DNA of 32,000 nt from Wolbachia endosymbiont of Drosophila innubila (GTDB lineage Bacteria; Pseudomonadota; Alphaproteobacteria; Rickettsiales; Anaplasmataceae), in NCBI RefSeq assembly GCF_021378375.1, contig NZ_CP076228.1, positions 540,001-572,000 on the forward strand, given 5' to 3'. The notes beneath the pieces were generated by a model. That model saw only the letters and a list, made by a program, of their open reading frames with translations. It had not been told where the DNA came from and made no database searches. Of this stretch, positions 1 through 9,953 are shown piece by piece. The stretch's first letter is position 1; every line of letters begins with the position of its first letter. The translations under genes and the position numbers were made by a program.

Positions 1-582
1 TCTCTATTAGTACATCTGGCAGCAGGAAGATCATTTCTTGGCATGAAGCCTACAAGACCACTAAAAATATTCTATCTACAAAACGAAATGGAATATGATT
101 ACATTAGAGAACGTATACAACAACTCAACAAACTTCCTCATTTAGCAACAGAAAACTTAGTTGTGACGAACAAGATGAATTTGACCTTAAATGAAGAAGG
201 TATAGAAAAAATAAAAAATATGGTAGAGGAAAAGTTTGATTTAGTTGTGATTGATTCTCCTTATAATTCCGTTAACTATGGTCTGCAGCATGCAATAGAA
301 AAACTGCGTTCCAAGATTAATCCTATGGCTGGAATAATCATCATAAATCACACCAAAAAAGTATCTACCTCTACATTGGAAAAGAATCCATTTCAAGCTC
401 TCGTTGGTGCTAACGCTTTAAGAAGTTTTTATACATCTGGAATAGTAATATTTCAACCCAATAAACGTACAAATATCTTACAAGTAGTATATGAACTTAG
501 AAACGGTAGATCTATACCAACAAAATTCATCAATAAGATTAATGGATGTTGGAAAACTGCTAACGTTATAGCTAGAACATAA
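1..582 (+). CDS. RepA-like / DnaB-like AAA ATPase, 3' part (frame is open to the window start, so 5' truncated by the window)
   Basis: Frame 1 is open from base 1 (SLLVHLAAGRSFLGMKPTRPLKIFYLQNE...). Motifs FDLVVIDSP and GIIIINHTKK resemble RecA-like Walker B and sensor regions. Stop at 580-582. Confidence 0.6.
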   Translation, partial: SLLVHLAAGRSFLGMKPTRPLKIFYLQNEMEYDYIRERIQQLNKLPHLATENLVVTNKMNLTLNEEGIEKIKNMVEEKFDLVVIDSPYNSVNYGLQHAIEKLRSKINPMAGIIIINHTKKVSTSTLEKNPFQALVGANALRSFYTSGIVIFQPNKRTNILQVVYELRNGRSIPTKFINKINGCWKTANVIART

Positions 583-599
583 AAATTCTTCAGGTAGGT

Positions 600-2648
600 A
601 TGGATATTTATTGTTCACAAAGAAATGGACATTATAAATTATTAGGGAAGAAAGAACAATTAAGAACTCAACTCCTATCAAATATAAGGTCATGTCTTTC
701 TTATTTACTGCCAAGAGGAACTTTTCGTGGTGATAAGTTCTATGTAGGTGATCTACAAGGCAATAAAGGACAAAGTATGATAGTGGAGTTAACTGGCAGT
801 AAAGCCGGATTATGGCATGATTTTTCTACCGAAGAAGGAGGAGATATTTTTGATCTTTGGGCTGCTGTTACTGGAAAAAATCAATTTACTGATACGATAG
901 AAGATATTGCTAAGTGGATTGGTTATTCGGAAAAAAATAACACTCTGGGGCAACCAACGGCATCATGGAACTATTACGATGAAAGTGATCAAGTGATTGT
1001 TACAGTTTATCGTTATAACACTGATTCAGGAAAAAGATATCTTCCTTTTGATGTAAAAAGGTCTAGTTTTACTCTACCAGAGACCAGGCCTTTATATAAT
1101 ATTCCAGGTATCGTGAAATCTGATAAGGTGATTTTAGTTGAAGGTGAAAAGTGTGCAGATGCTCTGATAGAGCAAGGTATGACTGCCACAACTGCAATGT
1201 TAGGAGCAAATGCACCAATAGAAAAAACAGACTGGTCACCACTTAAGGGCAAGCATGTTATTATTTGGCCAGACAATGATGAACCAGGTAAACAATATGC
1301 TGAGAAAGTTGTGAAAAAGCTTACTTTTCTTAGTGTTTTATCACTTACTCTTCTTGAAATACCGGAGAATAAACCAAAGGGATGGGATTCAGCTGATGGT
1401 ATAGAAGAAAAGATGAATATTCCTGAATTCATTGAAAATAACTCGAAAAAAATCATCGTTAAGCAATTGCTTAATATTCAAGAATGGAGCGTAGAACGTT
1501 TTATAGGTCCAGTACCGGAGCAAAAGTTTCTTGTTGAAGGGTTATTTCCTTTAGGAGTGACATCTATTCTAGCTGCAATGGGAGATACTGGTAAAGGTAT
1601 GCTTCTGCTTGATTTAGCACTGAAAGTTGCGAGTAGAAAAGATCAGCCATGTGGTTTTGGTCCTTTAGTTACTGAACATGGATCTGTTGTAATATTCTCT
1701 GCAGAAGATGATATGAGTGAAATACATCGTCGTTTAGAGCGTCTTGACTCACAATGCGAGAGATTAAAATATAAGGATAGGCTCTTTATTGTACCATTAC
1801 CAAATGTTAGTGGATCACTTACAATCATAAAGAGTGTTTCAGGTAAAGTTATAGAGACTTCTCCTGAATTTGAATTGATAACAAAACAACTTAATAAAAT
1901 AAAAAACTTAAAATTAATCGTATTTGATCCACTTGCATCATTTGTGCACGCTGATTTAAATACTGACCCAGCCGTAGGCGATTATTTGATGTCTTTATTA
2001 TCTGATTTAGCAGGTAGCACTGGAGCATCAATAATTACTGCTCATCATATGAGAAAGCCAAAAAGTGAAAAACCTATATCGACTGTTGAGCAAGCACGTG
2101 ATGCCATTAGAGGTACATCTGCTCTTGTTAATGGTGTTAGGTGTTCATACGCTTTTTGGTCTGTGGAAGATGCAGCTAAACCGACAATTTTTAAATCAAT
2201 AGGAGAATCTGTAAGACAGAACGCATTATTTTATGGAGCAATTGTTAAAGCAAACGGTTTGGCTGATCGCACTTTACGCACTTATTTAAGAAATGAAGAA
2301 ACAGGATTGTTAGAGGACATAACTGAAAGATTAAGAATAAAAAATATGAACGAAAAAGATTCAAAGCAGCATCTTATAACTGCAATTACACGAGCAGCAA
2401 TTTCTGGACATCCATTTACCCATACAGGAAGTACAGGAGTGTATAAACAGCGGCATAGACTACCTGAGGAGTTTCACAGTATAGGAAGAGATAGAATGGA
2501 GCGTATAGTTCAAGAGCTGTTACAAACACGGAAGCTGGTTAAGGGAATGGCTACTGGTTCAAAAGAAGATAAATGGCTTGACATTCCTAGCGGACCATTT
2601 GCTCGCGGCGTTGGAAAGTTTAGCTGTAGAGCTGAGCTATTCTCCTAA
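600..2648 (+). CDS. Phage DNA primase/helicase: TOPRIM domain plus RepA-like AAA ATPase
   Basis: 682 aa ORF. TOPRIM-like VILVEGEKCADAL and IIWPDNDEPGKQYA, Walker A-like MGDTGKGMLLLDLAL, then VVIFSAEDD, LKLIVFDPLASF and ASIITAHH. Confidence 0.85.
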   Translation: MDIYCSQRNGHYKLLGKKEQLRTQLLSNIRSCLSYLLPRGTFRGDKFYVGDLQGNKGQSMIVELTGSKAGLWHDFSTEEGGDIFDLWAAVTGKNQFTDTIEDIAKWIGYSEKNNTLGQPTASWNYYDESDQVIVTVYRYNTDSGKRYLPFDVKRSSFTLPETRPLYNIPGIVKSDKVILVEGEKCADALIEQGMTATTAMLGANAPIEKTDWSPLKGKHVIIWPDNDEPGKQYAEKVVKKLTFLSVLSLTLLEIPENKPKGWDSADGIEEKMNIPEFIENNSKKIIVKQLLNIQEWSVERFIGPVPEQKFLVEGLFPLGVTSILAAMGDTGKGMLLLDLALKVASRKDQPCGFGPLVTEHGSVVIFSAEDDMSEIHRRLERLDSQCERLKYKDRLFIVPLPNVSGSLTIIKSVSGKVIETSPEFELITKQLNKIKNLKLIVFDPLASFVHADLNTDPAVGDYLMSLLSDLAGSTGASIITAHHMRKPKSEKPISTVEQARDAIRGTSALVNGVRCSYAFWSVEDAAKPTIFKSIGESVRQNALFYGAIVKANGLADRTLRTYLRNEETGLLEDITERLRIKNMNEKDSKQHLITAITRAAISGHPFTHTGSTGVYKQRHRLPEEFHSIGRDRMERIVQELLQTRKLVKGMATGSKEDKWLDIPSGPFARGVGKFSCRAELFS

Positions 2649-2730
2649 AAAATTTTTCTGATATAAAAAAATATTTTGATTTTTGCGGACGAATTTTGAA
2701 CTCACCGTACATATATAATATAGGGGGAAA

Positions 2731-3432
2731 ATGTCAATACTCACACAGTCAGGAAGAGCAGCAATAGCAGCCAGCATCAAAAAGCAATCTATCTATCTTG
2801 CTTGGGGAACAGGTGATTCAAGTTGGGAAAGTAGCCACAAAGTAGAAAAAACTTTCGTTAAGGGTGAAATAAAATTTGATCATCAACCTATTTTTGATCG
2901 TCAACCTATTAAAGATGTGAAGGTTTTTACAGGGCAAACAACTTATCAGCCAAGTATTGACTATACAGTTAATGGCAGTACTGGTGTAATAAAACTTACG
3001 GAAAATAGCTCTATTCCAGTAAGTGATAAAGTTACTGTAGAGTATAGTGAAAGCACACCACCAGAGCTGATAACTTCTGAAAAACTGCTCAATGAACTTG
3101 GCAGATGTACTGCAGACGAAGTGCTATTCTGCACAGGTGATGAAAACGGTGAACTTATAACTCCATCTGGAAGGTTTAGGCCCTCAAATGTACCAACTAA
3201 TAATCTCTATCTCAAATTTACTTTCGATTTCACGGATGCAGCAAATCAAGTAATCAGAGAGCTAGGGGTTATGGTTGGTACTAAAATAAAAGAAGAATTA
3301 CCTGAAGGACAGAGATATTTTGAACCTCAAGATATAGAAGAACATGGGATTTTATTGATTTTGGAACATACCGTACCACTTATCAGAACTGCTGCAACTC
3401 GGGAAACTTTTTCATTTGTTGTAACTTTTTGA
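2731..3432 (+). CDS. Phage structural (tail/tail-fibre-module) protein
   Basis: 233 aa ORF (MSILTQSGRAAIAASIKKQSIYLAWGTGDSSWE...) immediately upstream of the DUF4815-like tail gene and co-oriented with it. Confidence 0.5.
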   Translation: MSILTQSGRAAIAASIKKQSIYLAWGTGDSSWESSHKVEKTFVKGEIKFDHQPIFDRQPIKDVKVFTGQTTYQPSIDYTVNGSTGVIKLTENSSIPVSDKVTVEYSESTPPELITSEKLLNELGRCTADEVLFCTGDENGELITPSGRFRPSNVPTNNLYLKFTFDFTDAANQVIRELGVMVGTKIKEELPEGQRYFEPQDIEEHGILLILEHTVPLIRTAATRETFSFVVTF

Positions 3433-3448
3433 ATTTTTCTAGCATTAA

Positions 3449-5377
3449 ATGACTTTAAACGCCTATTATAACCGCTTTAATCCTGACAAAGAATACGAAA
3501 AAAGCTTGTTTCTAGCAGGAAGAGGTCTACAGTCTGCAGAACTAAACGAGACTCAGGAGTATGCTCTCTCTAAGATTAAAGGCATAGGCGATGCAATATT
3601 TCGTGATGGTGATGTTATAACAGGAAGCAATTGTATTATAGATAGAGAAACTGGTAAAGTTACACTTGAGGGAGGAAAAATCTATCTGCGCGGTGCAGTT
3701 AGAAAGGTTGAAAAAGAAGAATTTGTTATTCCACTGAGTACCACAGTTCGCATAGGTGTTTATTATGTAGAATCTACGATTACAGAACTTGAGGATGAAA
3801 ACCTTCGTGATCCTGCTATTGGTACAAGAAATTATCAGGAAGTAGGAGCTGCAAGGCTTAAAGTTTCCACCATTTGGGGTTATCAAGCAGAAGGTCTTTC
3901 TCCACGTTTTTCTGAAGGAGAGTTTTATCCAATCTATAACATTGAAAATGGAGTATTAATAGAACATTCACCACCTCCACAAGCAAACATAGTAACTACT
4001 GCTCTTGCTCGTTATGACAAAGAAGCAAATGGTTCCTACGTCGTAAATGGTCTTGAAGTAATGTTCCTGCAAAAGGAAGAGGGAGAAGGAGGAAAAAAAA
4101 TATTTGTGATTAATGAGGGCAAAGCTCATGTTGATGGCTATGAGATTGAACTTCCTCACAGTATTCGTGTTTCTTTTGATGAAGATCCGGATATAAAATC
4201 AGTTGAATCAGAACCACATACTTTTCAGCCAAATAGCCAAAGAGTAATGGAACTGAAGGTTAATGATTTTCCAATAAGTGAAATTAAAAAAGTAGATATA
4301 ACTGTTCAGAAAACCATTACTGTTACTCATGGTTCATACTCTGGAGCTATTGATCCGATACCTGACTCTGCAGTACTTGAGATTATTCAAGTTAAACAAG
4401 GCAATGTTATTTATGAAAATAGTATAGATTACAAATTAAACGCAGGAAACGTTGATTGGTCATTACCAGGTAAAGAACCAGCTCCTGGAAGTAGTTATCA
4501 AATAACCTACCGCTGTCGTACTCATGTAAGCCCTGAAGATATAAGTGAACAGGGATGCAAAGTAAAAGGAGCAGTTGATAACAGCTTGGTTCTGATTGAT
4601 TACACCTGGAAAATGCCCCGCTATGATTTAATTACTATCGATAGCAAAGGAGTGGTAAGAAGAATAAAAGGAATTTCTCACCCTTGGCGACCATCAATGC
4701 CTAGAGCGCCTAGTGGACAACTTTTGCTCTGCTACATTCATCAGACGTGGAAAAAAGGCGAAGGGGTAAAAATAGTGAATAATGCTATTCATGCTGTACC
4801 GATGAATGAGCTTGAAGCAATGAAAAAAGGAATAAATGATCTTTATGCGCTGGTTGCAGAGGAACGTCTACGCAATGATGCAAATTCAAGAGAACCTACC
4901 ACCAAAAAAGGAGTATTTGTTGATTCATTCTTTGATGATGATATGCGCGATCAAGGAATTTTGCAGTCTGCAGCAATAGTAAATAAGGAACTAATTTTAC
5001 CAATAGATGTAACGATTGCTGATATTGATGGAGGAGAAAAAACTTATTTGTTGCCATATGAACTTGAACCGGTACTGGAGCAGCTTTTACAGACCAAAGG
5101 AGAAAAGATCAATCCATATCAAGCTTTTGACCCAGTCCCGGCAAAAGTTACCATGAACAAAAATATAGATCACTGGACGGAGGTTACTACGAATTGGAAA
5201 AGTCCAGTAACCAGAGTGTTTAATGTTAAAGAAACAACAGAGCTGCTGTCAAGTACCTCATACGAAACTGAATTTATGCGAGAAGCAACTCAAAATTTTG
5301 AGATTGAAGGTTTTGCAACTGGTGAAAAGCTTAAGGAAGTAAAATTTGATGGCCTAAGCATTCAACCCATACCATAG
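3449..5377 (+). CDS. Phage tail/baseplate-associated protein, DUF4815-like
   Basis: 642 aa ORF beginning MTLNAYYNRFNPDKEYEKSLFLAGRGLQSAELNETQ, typical of DUF4815-type phage proteins. Confidence 0.65.
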   Translation: MTLNAYYNRFNPDKEYEKSLFLAGRGLQSAELNETQEYALSKIKGIGDAIFRDGDVITGSNCIIDRETGKVTLEGGKIYLRGAVRKVEKEEFVIPLSTTVRIGVYYVESTITELEDENLRDPAIGTRNYQEVGAARLKVSTIWGYQAEGLSPRFSEGEFYPIYNIENGVLIEHSPPPQANIVTTALARYDKEANGSYVVNGLEVMFLQKEEGEGGKKIFVINEGKAHVDGYEIELPHSIRVSFDEDPDIKSVESEPHTFQPNSQRVMELKVNDFPISEIKKVDITVQKTITVTHGSYSGAIDPIPDSAVLEIIQVKQGNVIYENSIDYKLNAGNVDWSLPGKEPAPGSSYQITYRCRTHVSPEDISEQGCKVKGAVDNSLVLIDYTWKMPRYDLITIDSKGVVRRIKGISHPWRPSMPRAPSGQLLLCYIHQTWKKGEGVKIVNNAIHAVPMNELEAMKKGINDLYALVAEERLRNDANSREPTTKKGVFVDSFFDDDMRDQGILQSAAIVNKELILPIDVTIADIDGGEKTYLLPYELEPVLEQLLQTKGEKINPYQAFDPVPAKVTMNKNIDHWTEVTTNWKSPVTRVFNVKETTELLSSTSYETEFMREATQNFEIEGFATGEKLKEVKFDGLSIQPIP

Positions 5378-5386
5378 AGGAAAAAA

Positions 5387-6565
5387 GTGGAAAATCAAGG
5401 ACGAATAAGTGGAAAGATAAAAATCCCAGCAAACATTCCAGCAGGTACTAAATTAGTACAGTTTTATGGGGATAAAGGAAGCTATGGAGAGGCAACTTAT
5501 ACTGGTAAAAAAACTATTACCATAGAAGAAAGAAGAAGAGTGATCGCAGCAAGACGAGTTGATCCTTTAGCCCAAACATTTACGCTAAATGAGAGCAGAC
5601 ACATAGGAGGCGTGGAGCTATGGTTTGTAAATAAAGGCAAAAAACGTGTTGTTGTTCAGATTAGAGAAACAGCAGTGGGAATGCCCTCGCAGACTGTCAT
5701 TGCTGAAAGCTATATTGAGCCAAAAGATATAAAGATAGATGGCACAGCAACACGTATAACTTGGTCTCCTGTCTGGTGTGAATCTAGCAGAGAATATGCA
5801 ATAGTTTTGCTAACCGATGATGCAGATACAGCAGTAAAAATAGCAGAGCTTGGCAAATATGATGTAGTAAATAGCCGCTGGGTAACGAGTCAGCCATATC
5901 AAGTAGGAGTATTACTATCATCAAGTAATGCAAGCACCTGGACTCCGCATCAAAATTTAGATTTAACGTTTCGACTACTAGCTGCAAAATTTAGTGAAAA
6001 TTCTCATGTTATTGATCTTGGTAAAGTCACTGCAAACAACGTATCAGATTTAATAGTTTTAACAAATGTTGAAAAAGTAGCATTTGATACCAATGTAGAA
6101 TTTATCTTAACAGATGAAGAAGGGAAAGAAAACTTTTTGTCTGATAATTTGCCGCTCGCGCTGCGTGAAAGACTATCTGGAGAGTTAACAGTAAAGGCAA
6201 ATTTAAAAGGTGCAAAAGAAAAAAGTCCTGTTCTCTATCCTGGGTTACAGCTAGTTCTAGGTAATCTTTCAGAGTCCGGAGATTATGTTACAAGGAGCAT
6301 TACAGCAGGTGCTAACACTAAGATAACAATTACCTATGATGCGCTAATACCTGGCACTGCAGATGTTAAAGCATATGTGGAACAAAGCGTCAAAGGATGG
6401 CAATTAGTAAATTTAACATCAGGAAAACCTATTGGGGAAAATTGGGTGGAGAGAACTCATGTACTAACAAACTTTAATAGCAATGAAACAAGGGTAAAAT
6501 TGGTTTTAAGTGGAACGGTTATTTATCGGCCAAAGGTAAAAAACTTGCGGGTTGTTATAACGTAA
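5387..6565 (+). CDS. Phage structural protein of the tail-fibre module
   Basis: 392 aa ORF directly after the DUF4815-like gene; DPLAQTF segment and beta-rich composition. Confidence 0.5.
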   Translation: MENQGRISGKIKIPANIPAGTKLVQFYGDKGSYGEATYTGKKTITIEERRRVIAARRVDPLAQTFTLNESRHIGGVELWFVNKGKKRVVVQIRETAVGMPSQTVIAESYIEPKDIKIDGTATRITWSPVWCESSREYAIVLLTDDADTAVKIAELGKYDVVNSRWVTSQPYQVGVLLSSSNASTWTPHQNLDLTFRLLAAKFSENSHVIDLGKVTANNVSDLIVLTNVEKVAFDTNVEFILTDEEGKENFLSDNLPLALRERLSGELTVKANLKGAKEKSPVLYPGLQLVLGNLSESGDYVTRSITAGANTKITITYDALIPGTADVKAYVEQSVKGWQLVNLTSGKPIGENWVERTHVLTNFNSNETRVKLVLSGTVIYRPKVKNLRVVIT

Positions 6566-6569
6566 GAAA

Positions 6570-6764
6570 ATGCCAAATGATGAAACGAGGCGCGGATATC
6601 CTTTGCCACACCCAGAGAATATTGCAGTGGAAGATGTAGTACGTATTCGCAGAGCTATAGAAAAAGTAGATGAGGATATGAGTAATAGAGAAAATAAACA
6701 TAATCAACTTAAAAGTAATTTTGAACGATTTAGATTTGAAACTTTTTTGAATTTTTGGGAATGA
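6570..6764 (+). CDS. Small hypothetical phage protein
   Basis: 64 aa ORF tightly packed between structural genes; overlaps the next ORF by 10 nt. Confidence 0.4.
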   Translation: MPNDETRRGYPLPHPENIAVEDVVRIRRAIEKVDEDMSNRENKHNQLKSNFERFRFETFLNFWE

Positions 6765-8191
6765 AAGAAGCAATAGAAGCGTTACATCAAAGGATAAAGG
6801 ATTTAGCAGTAAGTAGCACACCTGATCAACTGGCATATCTTGCAAAATCGCTGGAATTGATAGCAGATAAAAAAGCTATTTCTGATATTGCGCAAATGAC
6901 TAAAGTAAAAGAAATAATTGATGCACTACAAAAGAGGCTTAAGGATTTAGCAGAAAACAGTACACCAGATCAATTAGCATATCTTGCTAAAGCATTGGAA
7001 TCAATAATCGACAAAAGTGCAGTTTCTGAAATTGTACAGATGACAGATGGTAAGCTAAAAGAACTTCTTGATAGTGCAAAAAAACACTTAACTGATCTGG
7101 ATAATAAAAAAGCTAGTTCTTTAGCAGTGATCTCTGAATCAGAGAAGCAGTTATTAAAGAGAATTGATGAAAAAGGAACAACAAATTTATCGCTACTTGA
7201 TACGAGAAAGAATGCCAATATTGCAGCAATAAGTAGCATTAGTAACAGTCATAAAGATGGTCTTAAAGGTTTAGTGAATAACTTCCGTACTGTTAATGAT
7301 GTGCCAAGTGGCTCATCAATTATTAGGGAAATAGAAACTCGAATTGAAAACATCCTGAATGAGGTAAAAACTCGGGATGAACAGTTAAAAGCGTCTCTTA
7401 TAAATGAAATAAGAAAGCGCAACATGGTTGAACCAGGGTCATTACCTTTCTTATTTGGTGTACTTGGCAGAAAAAATAATTATTTTGGCCACGGAACTTT
7501 TACGACAGAGCTTGGAAAGTGGAGTAGTGATATAACAAAAACTGACTATATGTTACAACTACTAGCAGGTAGCCATACGTACAATACAGATTACGTTAGT
7601 TTTTATCGGCCAAGACAACTAAGTTTTATAGAGGGAAGTAAAGGAACATTTATTTACGGAGAGTTATGCACAAAAAGTTTTTCGGGTAGTTATGATGAGA
7701 TATACTATTACCCGTATGCTGCACTTGGAGTAGTATTTGTAAAAAATACAACCAATGTGAACATAAATAAGACAATGGAATTTGTTGGATCATCGTATTC
7801 GAGTACGGAGTATGGGGGAGCAGGATTATTTGTGGGAACTCCTGATAACACTAATTCTAATAAATCAAGTATTTCAAAAATAGTATGGAAAAATGTTTAC
7901 CAATACACGAGTTCTGGTAGCAAGTTAGCCGGATCTGGTAATGTGGAGATTCCAGCAGGAAAAACAGTTGCAATATTACTTTACACATCATCTTATCTGT
8001 ATTCCAGAACACAAGTTAGTCAAGGTATGCTTGCATCAAATTATGTACACAACTATGGTCAATTTATTCAGTGGGGAATTTATAACATACGTAGCAATTT
8101 TCTCACCACAGAGCTTGAGGTAGATGTGGAAAGGACGCTCAGGGGTTGGCAATGTCCAGGATTATCTAACACGTATGAGATTTGGAGGTAA
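6755..8191 (+). CDS. Putative tail-fibre-like protein with duplicated N-terminal helical module
   Basis: 478 aa ORF. Duplicated unit ALHQRIKDLAVSSTPDQLAYLAKSLELI / ALQKRLKDLAENSTPDQLAYLAKALESI, then coiled-coil-like region and a beta-rich C-terminal domain. Confidence 0.55.
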   Translation: MGMKEAIEALHQRIKDLAVSSTPDQLAYLAKSLELIADKKAISDIAQMTKVKEIIDALQKRLKDLAENSTPDQLAYLAKALESIIDKSAVSEIVQMTDGKLKELLDSAKKHLTDLDNKKASSLAVISESEKQLLKRIDEKGTTNLSLLDTRKNANIAAISSISNSHKDGLKGLVNNFRTVNDVPSGSSIIREIETRIENILNEVKTRDEQLKASLINEIRKRNMVEPGSLPFLFGVLGRKNNYFGHGTFTTELGKWSSDITKTDYMLQLLAGSHTYNTDYVSFYRPRQLSFIEGSKGTFIYGELCTKSFSGSYDEIYYYPYAALGVVFVKNTTNVNINKTMEFVGSSYSSTEYGGAGLFVGTPDNTNSNKSSISKIVWKNVYQYTSSGSKLAGSGNVEIPAGKTVAILLYTSSYLYSRTQVSQGMLASNYVHNYGQFIQWGIYNIRSNFLTTELEVDVERTLRGWQCPGLSNTYEIWR

Positions 8192-8197
8192 CAAACA

Positions 8198-8758
8198 ATG
8201 TCTATCTACATTAGATTTGAAAATGATAAACAAGTAGAAACAACAACACTTGAAAGCAAGCCAACTGAAAATGATTGGTATGAAGCACCAGAAGATTTTG
8301 ATTGGCAAAAAAGCTATTGTTTAACAGAAGGAGGAAAAATTGCTCAGCGTACTAAAGAAGATATACAAAAGGAGTTACTGGATAATGCGAAGCTTTGTGC
8401 ATTTGATAGTATGCGTTTCTATTATGATAATCATACTCACCAATATGCAGGTCATTCTCACCAAAAAGCTAAATCTTATGAGATTCAAGCGGAAGCCGCA
8501 AAAAGCATTCTAGCAGCACCAGAATCTATAGATGAAAAGGATAAAGAAATTATAGAACCTTTAGCAAAAGTCCGTGGTATTACGGTTATTGAAATGGCAA
8601 GAATAATTGAGGAAAAAGTGAAAAAAGCAGTAAAAGCAATAATTAAATGTGAAGAGCTTGAAGATTTAGCCAAAAGAAAGATTGAAGAAGCCAAAAGTGA
8701 AAATGAGCTACAGACTTTGCTAGATGATTTCAGGAAAAAAATACAAAGAAATGGCTGA
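8198..8758 (+). CDS. Putative tail-fibre accessory/assembly-like protein
   Basis: 186 aa ORF downstream of the fibre-like gene. Central segment AFDSMRFYYDNHTHQYAGHSHQKAKSYEIQAEAAKSIL resembles tail accessory (DUF4376-like) proteins. Confidence 0.4.
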   Translation: MSIYIRFENDKQVETTTLESKPTENDWYEAPEDFDWQKSYCLTEGGKIAQRTKEDIQKELLDNAKLCAFDSMRFYYDNHTHQYAGHSHQKAKSYEIQAEAAKSILAAPESIDEKDKEIIEPLAKVRGITVIEMARIIEEKVKKAVKAIIKCEELEDLAKRKIEEAKSENELQTLLDDFRKKIQRNG

Positions 8759-9942
8759 AGAATTTTTACATGGCGTAAATGTTATTGAGGTAACCTCAGG
8801 AGCAAAGACAGTACGTACACAGCTAAATCATCAGTGATAGGTGTAATTGGTACTGCACCTGAAGCAGATGAGCAAAAATTTCCGCTAAATAAAAACCAGT
8901 GTTAGTTGCAGGAAGCTTAAAGGAAGCAGCAAAGCTCGGAAAGAGTGGCAGTTTACCTTCTGCAATAAATGGAATATTTTCCCAGATTGGTGCAACAGTA
9001 GTAGTTATTCGAGTTAAAGAAAGTGAAAACAGCGATCCAAAGCTCAAAGAAAGTGAAACTATTCAAAGTATAATCGGTGGAGTTGATAAAGAGACTGGAG
9101 AATATCAAGGGATAGAGGCATTCCTCAGTAGTGAAAGTATAGTTCATGTTGCTCCAAGAATATTAATTGCACCTCAGTTTACTCATCAGTTACCTGAAAT
9201 AGATGGAGTAAATTCAGTAGTGAGTGCTTTAATTTCCATAGCAGAAAAATTAAGAGCAATTATTGTTGCAGACGGACCAAATACTAATGATGAAGAAGCA
9301 ATAAAATGGAGAAAAAGTGTAGGCAGCTCAAGAGTTTACGTTGTTGATCCATGGGTTAAGGTATTTATTGAAGGAAAAGAAGGAACCTTGCCAGCAAGCC
9401 CATTTGTAGCTGGTTTAATAGCAAAAGTAGATAGCGAACAAGGATTTTGGCACTCACCTTCAAATAAAGAGATAAATGGTATTGTTGGAACAAGCAGGCC
9501 TATTGATTTTAGCTTAGGTTATGCAAATTGCAGAGCAAACCACTTAAATGAAAATGAAGTAACAACGATAATTCATCAAAACAGCTATAGGCTTTGGGGA
9601 AATAGAACATGTTCAAATGACTCAAAATGGGCTTTTCTATCAGTAAGGCGCACTGCAGATTTAATTAACGATAGTTTACTTCGAGCTCATCTCTGGGCAG
9701 TTGATCGCAATATCACCAAAACTTATATAGATGATGTGATTGAGGGGGTGAATTCTTACCTTGCAAGTTTAAAAGCGCAAGGAGCAATTATCAGTGGAAA
9801 ATGTTATGCAACTCCCGAACTCAATACACCGGCAAATATTGCAAGCGGAAAAGTGTCTTTTGATTTTGAGTTTACACCGCCATATCCAGCTGAGCAAATA
9901 ATATTCAGATCCCATCTTGTAAATAATAGTGTAATAAGTTAG
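8751..9942 (+). pseudogene. Phage tail sheath protein (P2 FI-like) with two frameshifts near the 5' end
   Basis: ATG at 8751 gives MAEEFLHGVNVIEVTSGAKTVRT, then TGA at 8835. Continuation AKSSVIGVIGTAPEADEQKFPLNK is in another frame, and LVAGSLKEAAKLG...FRSHLVNNSVIS (8899-9942) in a third. Confidence 0.85.
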
Positions 9943-9953
9943 GAGAAAGCGAA

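Noticed and set aside
1013-1456. 147 aa minus-strand ORF opposite the primase gene
   Set aside because: Antisense to a clearly conserved primase/helicase; no recognisable domain; likely by-product of AT-rich coding sequence.
5784-6845. Antisense ORFs 5784-5987 and 6555-6845
   Set aside because: They overlap plus-strand phage ORFs that are contiguous and tightly packed; low-complexity hydrophobic translations.
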